Source of the DNA: Moniliella sp. 'wahieum'
Taxonomy: Eukaryota
Direction of reading: 5' to 3'
DNA length: 64,000 nucleotides
NCBI GenBank assembly: GCA_003971905.1
Contig: RSEE01000142.1
Coordinates: 62,001-126,000 of the forward strand
The notes under the pieces were generated by a model that was given only the letters and a program-made list of their open reading frames with translations, was not told where the DNA came from and did no database searches. The position numbers were made by a program, and so were the translations under genes. Position 1 is the first letter of the stretch; the number at the start of each line of letters is the position of its first letter. Below are positions 24,132 to 34,289 of this stretch, in pieces.

Positions 24132-26649
24132 ATGGCTCCTTCGCTCGTCTCGACGCCGCCCCGGCGTCCGACCCCTTTGTCCGCCGCCCCCTGCACGCCG
24201 TCCGCCGCGCGCCCGCCCCTCCGCCCCCGCCCGTGCCCGCGACGACACGGCCGCCGCCCAGAGTCTGCGCGCCCAGTTCCCCGACCAACTGCGCCAACTC
24301 CGTGTGCTCTTCCCGACTGGTCCGATGAAGACCTGCTCTTTGTCCTCGGCGATGCCGGCGGCGAGGTCGAGGCCGCCGCCGGCCTGATTGGCGACGGCTT
24401 TGCGACCCAGTTTGCCTCGGTCAAGACCCACCCCCCAAGAAAGAACCCCGGAGGGCACCCTGTTCCTTCCTCCAGCCCCGCCCCTGCCTCGGTCGCGCGT
24501 GCCGGCCGGCCTGTCTCCTCGGCTGCCGGCCGGGGCGGCGGCCGGGCCGGCCGCGGGGGCCGTCCCCAGGGCCCCGGAACCAAGTCGAATGCCTCGTCGG
24601 ATGGCAAGACGGCCGCTGCACCTGCACCTCCTGCATCTGCGCCCGCCCCCAAGCCCGCCGCCTAGTTGGGCCGACAGGATCAAAACGTCGCAGGCCAACA
24701 AGGCCGCTGCCGTGGCCGCCGCCCGTGCATCGCGCGCTGCGGCCCAAGCGTCCCATGAGCCCCCCAAAGCGGACGATGCACCGCAAGAGTGCCACCGAAG
24801 ATGCGTTCCCGCCAGTGAACGAGTCGGCGCCCTCGTCTTCGTCCCCGGTTGCGCCTGCGGTGCCGCCTGCGGCGACAGGCGACGCTGCATCCAAGCCCGC
24901 TATGAGCTGGGCCCAGATCGTGACCCACCCCAAGCCGCTCCCGCCGCTGCGGCCCACGAGGAGCCGCGCCCTGCCGAAACGGAAGCAACCGAGGCGACCG
25001 AATCGCACGAGACTGCACCCGCCGCCGCCGAGATTGCGCCGGAGCACGAGGCTGCCCCGCTCCCGAGGCACAAGAGAAGAACCGGCCCCTGCCGCTGCCC
25101 CCGAAGAAACCGCGGGAGCCGAGTCAGGGTCTCAACCCCACCCCGAACCCCTCCCTGAAGTCACTGAATCTGCTCCGGAACCTGCTTCGGAGCCCGCGCT
25201 AGCGCGGCGCCCGAACCGGAACCCGAGGCGGTGCAAGAAGAACCCCCCAAGGCATCCTCGCCTGCACCTGCACCTGCACCTGTTCCTGCCCCGCTCCTGC
25301 TGCTGCTCCTGTCTCTGTCTCTGCCCCCCCCAGCGCCAGCAGCCGCTGGAGGAGCCATCAAGATCCCTGCCACGCGCAAGCAAGCCCAGCCGCTCGTCAT
25401 CCCCGGTGGTCCTGCGTCGCTGGAGAGCTGGGTGTGCAGTTTGGTTCGTTGGGGGTCGAGTCGGAGGCTGCGCTGCGCTGGCTTCCGCTGCGCCGACTCC
25501 CGCCGCTGCCGCTGCACCTTCTCGGCCGCTGCCCTATGGATGCGAGCGCAGCTGTCGAGCCGCCGCGTGGCGCGGCGCCTCCCGGTGCGGCCTCGTTGCC
25601 GCCCAACCCATTGACAGGAGCGCCGGCCATGCCGACGGCCGCGCCGGGCCTGTACGACCGGTTCCATCCGTCGTTTGCGCAACCTCCGCATGCGGCGCAG
25701 CCGGCGCGCAGCGGCTGCCTCAGCCCCCTCCCGTGCCCACGCCCAATGGTGCCTTTGCCACCCGCCCATCCCGACGGCGCAGCCCATCCGCCGACTGGGT
25801 TTGAGGGGTACACGGGGTACGGGTTCCCCTCGGCGCCGGCCCCGACGGCAGCCACGGCGCCGTATGGGCTGGGCGCGACGCCGGGCGCCCCCTGGCGCGG
25901 GGCCGACCCAGCCGCCGCCGCCGCCGGCCCAGCAAGAGTACGGGTACCAAGGGCGCGATGCGCGCAACCTGAGCCACTTTTACGGCGGCGCGTACGACCC
26001 CAGTGCGCTGCACCTGCGCGGGGAGGACAAGGCGGCCGGCGCGGAGCCGGCGGCAGCCGTGCCGGGGGCAGCGGTGCCGACGCCCGGACAAGCGGGCCCG
26101 CCGACGCAGCCGCCGGCGCAGCCGCAGCAGTACCCGGGCATGATGCCGTACTTTTACCAGCCGTACTACATGCCGAACCAGTACCAGTACGGGCAGCCGG
26201 GGTACATGCCGGTGTATGGGCAGGGCCAGCCGCAGGTGGGCAAGTATGCGCCGGGGCAGGAGGGGGGCTACTACGCGACGCCGGGCACGGAGTTTGGAGC
26301 GGGCGGCGGCGGGGCCGTCGGAGTACAGCAACAAGCGTACCAGCCGGGGCTGCTGAAGCCGACGGCGCCGGCGGCGGGTGCGGGCGCGGGCAAGTCGTCG
26401 CCGGCGCTGGCGAATGCGGGGCTGGACTACCGCTTTGACAACAAGGCGGGCGCGGCGCGGCGGGGCGCGGGCGCGGCGGCGGGCGCGCTGGAGCAGGGCA
26501 CGCCGCGCTCGACGCCGGCCAGCGCAGCGCGCGCCCAGCCGGGGCAGAGCTTCTACCACTACGGCTACAACCAGACGGGCTACGGCTCGTACCCCTACAC
26601 CTTCCCGCAGGGCAACGCACGCGCTGGCGCCAGGCCTGAGGGCACGTGA
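24132..26649 (+). CDS. DEF1: RNA polymerase II degradation factor Def1-like protein (CUE domain, low-complexity Pro/Gln/Tyr tail)
   Basis: CUE-like QLRVLFPDWSDEDLLFVLGDAGGEVEAAAGLIGDGFATQFASVK, plus KPAMSWAQIV, VQFGSLG and GMMPYFYQPYYMPNQY. Frameshifts present. Confidence 0.8.
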
Positions 26650-26839
26650 CATGAATCGCATTCCATCGCCTGGGCTGCTTGGGGGAGCTAGCTACGAGCA
26701 TTCTATAGGCCACCGCACGGCGCCCGTGTGGCGTGTGCCCACCGGCTGCCCCTTCCCACCGCCACCGCCCCATAGCATGCACCCACACTTATAGCATCCG
26801 CAGCATGTAGCATCCAGGCCACCCCTCCCCCACCTCCCC

Positions 26840-29209
26840 ATGTCCCTCGCCTCCCCCGCGCCCACCACGGCGCCGTGGCCGTCGGCGACAACTACCCCGT
26901 CGTCCCCCCTGCCCTGCCCTGCCTGCGCGCCACCACCGTCCCCGCTCTCCACCGCACCCCACTCGGCGTGCCCGCCGCCCCCCTCGCGCCCGCCGCATCG
27001 GGAGGCGGGTGGGTGCCGAGCGTTGGGCCGTCGATGGCGTCGGTACCGCTTGGCTTTGGTCCGGTTCCGTCGCTCGGCCCCGACCTCGCCCTCGCCCTGC
27101 CGCCCGCGGCGAGCGGGGTGGGAAGCGGACTGCCACTGGCTGAGCCCAGTCCCGCACCTGCGTTGCTTGCTGTCGATGCGTGCTCGACGTTGGAGGGCGA
27201 GGCGCGGGCGCAGGCGACGGCCATCATCCACTCGCTCGTCACTGCCGCCTGGCAGTTGGGTTGGGACCGGACTACGGTCGCCAGCCGGATCACCGAGCAA
27301 CTCAATCAGCGCCTGGGCCGCTCTTGGTCGACGATCGTCGGGCCGTCGTTTGCGTTTAATGTGCGGGAGCGGCCGCACAGCTTGCTCAACCTCCGTACGT
27401 GTGCGCCTCGTTGATTTGCTTGTTGCGTGTATTGTGTTGTGTTGTGTCCTGTTGGGCAAGGGTTGACCGTGTACATACATGCGTGACTAGGGATTGGCGA
27501 CTGGTGGGTGGCCGCGTGGAAGGGCGAAGAGGTGGGCGTGGGCAAGTCGAACAATAAGGAGGTGGGAGTGTACCGTGTCAAGGGGATCCAGACCGAAGTG
27601 AGCAACAAGGTGATGGAGGTGGTGCGAGAATCGATGGCGCAAGCGTCCCTGGTCGGTGCCGAACTTACCTCGCACATTCTCCAACGGCTTCACCAGCTCC
27701 TCGGGCCCGGCTGGCACCTGGTACCCGAGACGAATGTCAGTCTCTACACGCAGTTCCCGTCGGCCTTCTGTTTCCGTGCGGGCGAACAGGATTGGACCGT
27801 GTGGAACGAGCGGGACGCCAGCACGCATTCCCTCGGCTCCCTCAGCACCCTTGCTTCCGGCATGGTCTTGACTGGGACCGGTGTCCGTGACGTGCGTGAC
27901 TTTAGTCTGTCCGGCTTGTCTGCCTCGCAGAAATCGTACGCCACGTCAGCCTCGACGACGCTGGTGCAAAAAGTGCAAAACTACGTGGCGAGCTACGCGG
28001 CACAAGTGCAAGCCGGGCAGGAACGGGTGCAGATTGGCTCGTCGCACATGACTGATGCGTCGTATCACAATGCGGTATTGGATGTTTCCCTGGCGGCGAT
28101 TGCCGAAGCTTCGGCTACGGTGGACAAGCAACAGACCACCACCCTTGTCACCAACCGTCTGCGTACCCTCTTTGGTCCGGCCTGGCACGCACACATTGCC
28201 ACCGACACCTTTGTGCCGGTAAATGCGCCGGCGCTGCAGGTGCTCACCTACCGTCTGGACGACAAGTTTGTTACGCTCTGGCAAGCGCAAGCCACCGCAG
28301 TGCAGACCACATCCGAACCCGAGATGGAGATGGGGATGAAGATGGGCCACGCCGCAGCCCTGCAGCACAATAACAATAGCAGCAGCCTAACGACCACCCA
28401 CCAGGCCCTGCAGCACAACAAGCCTAGTCTGCTCAAACAGGCAGCGGGAGTAGCTGGTGGAGCTGCGATGGCCGGGTTGGGGTATGGACTGTACAAGCAC
28501 CATCAGCATACCGACCACAGCGATCACAACCCTCCCCCCGCGCTCAGCCGGGATCTGGATACGGTCCACCAAACCCTCAATACCACCACACACATCCAAA
28601 CGGGACCCAGCACGACCAGCGTTGACGCCCCCAGCCCCGTGGCCGTTGGAACGTTGGCTGCGGCGCACAAAGCCATCCGGGTCGAGGAATCTACGCTGGC
28701 GGCAGCCGAGCAGGCCGTGCTGCTAGAGGTGGCGGCGGAAGCGGTGGCGTGGCACTCGATGGCCGCGCGCACGTTTGCGCTCTGGCTCGAGTCGGCGCTG
28801 AACCGGACGATGAAGTGGGATGGGTGGCACGTTGTGGTGGAACGGGGCGAGTTTGGTGCTTCGTCCTACTCGGACTACCGCGAGGCGCTGAACCGGATCC
28901 GGTTTCACTGGGACGACAAGTACGTGACGGTGTGGCAAGGCGCGCAGCCCACTGGCCGGGGCCGGGGTGTGCGTGGACGCGCTCCGCGCACCTCGGTGAC
29001 GGATACGTTTGTGTGGAGTGAGCAGGTGCCGATCGGGACGGATTGGACGTGGGTGCAGGAGGGGAGCTTGCCCCTCCCCCTCGGCAGGTTCGATTGCGGG
29101 ATCGGTGTGGGGCTCCGGTTCAGCTGGATCGGACTCGGGATCGGTTAGCTCATCCGACTTAGCGTCCTCGTCCAACTTTACAGCTTCCACCTGGTGGTCC
29201 AAGCTGTAG
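26840..29209 (+). CDS. Uncharacterised protein with four tandem divergent dynein light chain (LC8)-like domains; probable C-terminal PTS1 (-SKL)
   Basis: Four roughly 85-95 aa repeats with the LC8 pattern (strand-S-x-L/M, two helices, L-x3-(L/F)GPxWH/GxxW, strand, F-x-(I/L)G/D-x3-V-x-x-W): about 27163-27525, 27565-27810, 28027-28290, 28672-28941. Phase-1 intron 27395-27490 joins the two ORFs in frame. Start needs a 1-nt correction (alternative ATG 27034). The SKL frame is reached by a 70-nt intron (29018-29087) or a 1-nt indel; otherwise the stop is at 29148. Confidence 0.75.
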
Positions 29210-30229
29210 TCTCTATCCCTCCGAGTCATGCACGATGCGCTTTGCGTCATCTCGAGGAAACAAATGTCCCTCTCTCGCCTCTCTCTTCGCCCACGTCCAA
29301 ATCATCTATAGCCCCACAGGTTTTCTCCTTCCCCTGCCCTGCCCCGAATGTCATCACTCCTGGGCCACAATAGGGCGAATACATTTTGGTCAACTTGACA
29401 GCTTTTCTCACTGGTCTTCCTGGTCGCTTTGTTATCATCTCTCCCCCAGGGCCGAGAAGAGGTACAGTAATAGAAGTGTTGGTACAAAACGTCATATAGC
29501 GGTGTCGGTATAACCTAGACGGCTGTCCTGGCAAACTGTGAGTACCTGTCGAGGAGGCAGGCCGGGGACAGGCAGGGTGGACAGGCTCGTGTCTCCCTCC
29601 CCAAAACTCGCAGTGTGCTCTGTATGATTTAGGGGGGCTGGGTGGTGCGCTGCGGATGGCCTCTCGGGAGGGGGTCGAACACAGCACCGGTAGGGCAAGG
29701 CTTCTCTGCCCTGGAACGCTGGCCTTGTGCGAGCATATGTGCGATCCAAGAGGGGAGATGGGACGCGATCTATTCCAAGCGGTGGGGGTCATGAATATAT
29801 CAGTACTCCGTGGGCGGAGCGCACAGACTGGGCCCGTGCCCGCCAGGCGCCCAACGAGGCCGCCCACCGCAGCGGCTGTTTCTCGGCACATGTGGAGTGT
29901 GCTGGGGTGCCAGGGTGGCGCAGTGCTCCCACCAAGGAGAGATCCAAGAGCGGCTGACGTGCTGCCGTGCCAGCCGTGCGCTTTGGCTTCGCTTGGCCCC
30001 TCGTGCTCTCCTCTGCGAACGACCCCTTAGGCCGCACCCGCCCCCCCACCGCCAGCATACTAGCCTGCCCGTCCCCACCGGAAGATGGAAGCTTAAGCAC
30101 ACATCCTCTGGCCCCCAGCCCATCTCTCTCGTATCCGTTTTGCGCATGCGGTGGATTAGTAGCTGCTGTGCATCGTGCGCTCTTCTTGCTCCGTCGCTCG
30201 CATCCAATGAGAAATGAAGTTGAAGTGTC

Positions 30230-30237
30230 TATATAAA
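30230..30237 (+). promoter_or_regulatory. TATA box of the second LC8-repeat gene
   Basis: TATATAAA about 140 bp upstream of ATG 30376, with CCAAT at 30204 and a CT-rich leader downstream. Confidence 0.6.
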
Positions 30238-30375
30238 GCCAAAGCACAAGCCTGTTCCCTTCCCCCACCCCTTTCCCGCAGCCCCTACCCCCTCTTCTTC
30301 CCACCGTTGCAAGCGTGACCACTCGCGCCCGTACCACCGCGCACGTCCCATCTACTGCCCCTCGCCACCATTATC

Positions 30376-32381
30376 ATGTCCTCCTCGCTTTCATCTTCGC
30401 TGTCCATCACCGTGTCCACCGTCGAGTCGACGGTGCAGGAATCGCTGACGTCGCTCGTCAGCGCCGCGCTAGCGCGGCTGAATGGCGCGCCGCTGCTGGA
30501 GCGCACGCGTGCCGAGCTGGCGCGGTACATTATCGCTACCGCCGAAGCGCGCCACGGACTGTTTTGGCACTTTGTCATGGGCAGTGACTGGGTGTATGCG
30601 TCGCACGAGCAGGCGAATGCGGCTGGGGCACGGTTGGAAGGCGTGCTGGAGTACCAAGGCGAACCGATCAAGTTTACCCTGTGGCAAACCAAGTGGACCG
30701 GCGCGGCGGGCGCAGGGGCGCCGGGTCCACCCCAGTTCACCGCCTCGACCCTCCCGGGCCCGATCCAGTCCCGCCTCGTGGTCCTGATCCAACAGCTGTA
30801 CAGCCTGCATGGCGCCCAGGCCGCCGCTCTCGCCCCCGTCTTTCTCGCCGACAACCTCAATGCCAGTTTCGGTTCGGGCTGGGTCGTCGTCGTCGGCACA
30901 GCAGCGGCGTCGTTGCAGAGCAGCGTGTATGCCACGTTTCGTACGTTTTTTTCATTCCATTTCATTTCTTGTCTTCTTGCCTCACGCCAACCTTGGCATA
31001 CACTGACCTCGCTTGCACCCTATCGACGCTCCTACAGAGATTGGCAAGGACGTGTTCACGCTATGGAAAGCCCCGGGCGGGAGCCAGGAGGAAGAGACTT
31101 CGGTGTACCTGACCGGGACGCGCTTTGTCCGCCAACAACCCATCCCTGCTCCTAGCTCCATCCTGACCCCTCGCAGTATCGACGTGGTCGTGCCCTCGGT
31201 TCAGCCCGTTCCGCAGCTGGCTCCCCAGCCGGTGGCTCCGTCTGTTTCTACAACGTCTGTTGTGGAAGTGCAGCAGGTTCCCCAGGTGGTGTACCAGCCT
31301 GCTCCTCAGCCTGCTCCTCAGCCCTTCTTCCAGCCCAGTCCGCAGCCTGCCCCGCAGCCCATCTTCCACCCGGCTCCCGCTCCGCAGCCGGCGCCTGAGC
31401 TGACCACCCAGGTGGTCCAGATCTCCCAGCCCGTTCCGCAGCCTGTGCCACGGTCTATCCCGCAGCAGCTTGTGCCGCAATCCAGTTCGCAAACGTTCGT
31501 GGGGGTGCCTGCGACGCTGGCTCCGCCTCCCGCGGTTCCGACGACGCAGACGCAGCAGTCCGAATGGTCCGAGCTGCACACTTCGATCCAACACTCGCTG
31601 GTTGTGCCCGAGGCGTCGGTGGACAAGCTGCGTTCGTCGATCGTGATTGAGCGTACGACGCTCGCTGCGTCCGAGCAGAGCCAAGTGATCAACCTTGTGA
31701 TTGCCACCTTGCTTCAGCACATCTCTGCGGGCAAGACCACGTCGCCTGCGGACTTGGCGGTGCTGAAGCAAACGCTTTCGACGCAGCTGGATGGATGGCA
31801 AGTGCTTGTCGGTCCCTACGGCTCGCACGTCCGTAGCGATGCCAAGAACCTTCTGGCGTTCTGTACGTTTTTCCCATACTCTTTTCTGCTTGCTATGGCT
31901 CCAGCCGCGTATTGACTCTGTGTGGGCAGCCATCGCGGGCTACTACCTCGCGCTTGTCCGCCCCTCGCGGAGCACCATCAAGGTGTCTCTCACGACGACG
32001 ACCGTGGGCGAGAAGGCTGTGGAGCAGGTGGGCATTGTGGAGCAGGCGGTGGATGGGCAACCGTCGGGCCAAGTCAAGGTGGTTGCCTCGGACTGGAAGA
32101 CGGCGAACGACCAGGTGTCGGCGCGCCTGTACGGGATCATTGGCGGCGCGCTCTTGTCGCAACAACAGCACCTGCTTGCCCTGGACGAGCTGGCGCACTA
32201 CCTGGGCCAGCGGGCCAGTGCCGCGCTCGGCGCCGGCTGGACGGCACAGGTCTCGGAGCAGCCGTTTGCCCCGGCCATCGCCTCGGTGTTGGGCGCGAGC
32301 TATGTTGTGGCGTCGGCGCAGGTGGGGGGCAAGACGTTGCACGTGGTGCTGTACCATTCGGCGCCGCGCCCCCATCTGTGA
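30376..32381 (+). CDS. Second uncharacterised protein with four divergent LC8-like domains and a Pro/Gln-rich central linker
   Basis: Exons 30376-30940, 31038-31862 and 31930-32381 splice in frame with no frameshift. Domains about 30406-30693 (ELARYIIATAEARHGLFWHFVMGSDW), 30733-31075 (FLADNLNASFGSGWVVVVG), 31640-31964 (LDGWQVLVGPYGSHVRSD) and 32073-32360 (LAHYLGQRASAALGAGWTAQVS). Ends APRPHL*. Confidence 0.8.
31290..31460 (+). repeat. Imperfect 12-bp coding tandem repeat (CAGCCTGCTCCT/CCG) encoding (QPAP)n
   Basis: cagcctgctcctcagcctgctcctcagccc...cgcagcctgccccgcagccc...ccgcagccggcgcct within the linker of the second LC8-repeat gene. Confidence 0.7.
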
Positions 32382-32896
32382 AAGGGCGTGTTTGGGCGGT
32401 TGGATCCATGGTGTCTAGCCTCGTTGGGGGGGGGGGGGGGGGCGTCACATGAGCACCACATTCTACACGGACACCTCTTCCCCTGATGCTGGGGGCTGGG
32501 GCCATTTCCCACCAGCTATAGCGTGTGATATGATCTCTGATTGTTTTGATGCCTAGCTGTGCACGAGGAGGGCGGTAGGGGATGTGACAGGATGGCGTGT
32601 TGTGGGCTGCCTGGGGCTGGGGAGCGGGAGGAAAGAGGAGGCAGTCGCATGGCCAGCTGAGTGTATCCGTCTGTATTGGATGGGTACCAGAGGCTCTGTT
32701 CTGTCGTGCGCTGCGCTGCGCCGCTTACGTGTGCGTGCAGCTAACCCTACGCTCGCTGCACCCGGTGCGGGGGACGGGATGACATAAGCAGGCAGGCGGC
32801 TGGGCCAGTGCGCGCACCCTCGCAGCCACCCGGACGAGCTGAGCCACTCAGCACGCCGCCCCAGGCCTTCGTCCCAGCCGCCTCCATCCCTCCGCC

Positions 32897-34213
32897 ATGG
32901 CCGACGACCGCCCCCTTGTCGTCGACAACGGCACCGGCTTCGTCAAGGCTGGCTATGCCGGCAGCAACTTCCCCGCCCACATCTTCCCCTCCATTGTCGG
33001 CCGCCCCATCCTGCGTGTCGAGGAGCGCGACCATGTCGATGTCGAGATCAAGGACATCATGGTGGGCGACGAGGCCGCCGCCGTGCGCAACTATCTCCAG
33101 GTCTCCCAGCCGATGGAGCATGGTGTGGTCAAGGACTTTGCCGACATGCGCCATGTGTGGAACTACACCTTTGACGAGAAACTCAAGGTCGACCCCCAGG
33201 GCCGCAAGATCCTTCTGACCGAACCCCCGATGAACCCCAAGCGCAACCGCGAGGAGATGTGCCAGATCATGTTTGAAGAGTATGGGTTTGACGGCGTGTA
33301 TGTGGCGATCCAGGCGGTGCTCACCCTCTATGCTCAGGGGCTGCAGACCGGCGTCGTCGTCGACTCGGGCGATGGCGTAACCCACGTGGTGCCCGTGTAC
33401 GAAGGATTTGCTCTTCCCCACCTCACTCGCCGTCTGGACGTGGCCGGACGCGATGTGACGCTACCTCATCAAGCTGTTGCTGATGCGAGGCTATGCCTTT
33501 AACCGCACGGCCGACTTTGAGACTGTGCGCGAGGTCAAGGAAAAGCTGAGCTACGTCAGGTGAGTGCCCGCCCCCCTCACTCACTCCTTGCACACCCTCC
33601 TGACCCTTCTCACCAGTTACGACATTGCCATGGACAAGAAACTGGCTGAGGAGACGACAACACTGGTGGAGCAATACGAAGTATGCAATGCGGCCCCTTT
33701 CTCCCTTCTCCCCGCTCCCTTCTCGTAGCCAGGGCCCCTAATCGCTAACGGTATATTCTCTCTTCAGTTACCCGATGGCCGCATTATCAAGGTTGGTTCC
33801 GAGCGCTTTGAGGCACCGGAATGCTTGTTCCAGCCCGAGCTGGTCGATGTGGAGCAGCCAGGGATGGGAGAGCTGTTGTTTAACACAATCCAAGCTGCTG
33901 CTCTGGACACGCGTGCTGAACTGTACAAGCACATTGTGCTTTCCGGTGGTTCGTCCATGTACCCTGGTCTGCCCAGCCGTCTGGAAAAGGAGATGAAACA
34001 ACTCTACCTCACCCCGTCTTGCACGGCGACGCTTCCCGTCTGCCTGGCTTCAAAATCCGGATCGAGGACCCACCGCGTCGCAAGCACATGGTGTTCCTTG
34101 GCGGTGCGGTGCTGGCCGACATTATGAAGAACCGCGAGTCGTTCTGGGTCAGCCGGCAGGAGTGGTACGAAAAGGGTCCTGCGGCGCTGGACAAGCTAGG
34201 CCGTGACGCTTAA
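32897..34213 (+). CDS. ARP2: Actin-related protein 2 (Arp2/3 complex)
   Basis: [116 protein letters not shown]. Introns 33560-33616 and 33681-33767. Two small indels. Confidence 0.97.
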
Positions 34214-34289
34214 CTAGTCAAATGAATGCATACTTGCTGCTGTCTGCTAACGCTGGGAAAAGGGAGAGAGGAGGGCAAGGCAGTCCAAT

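Noticed and set aside
32897..34213. ARP2 adjacency as evidence that the LC8-repeat genes form a cytoskeletal cluster
   Set aside because: Neighbouring fungal genes are usually functionally unrelated, and Arp2 belongs to Arp2/3, not dynactin (Arp1). No support without synteny data.
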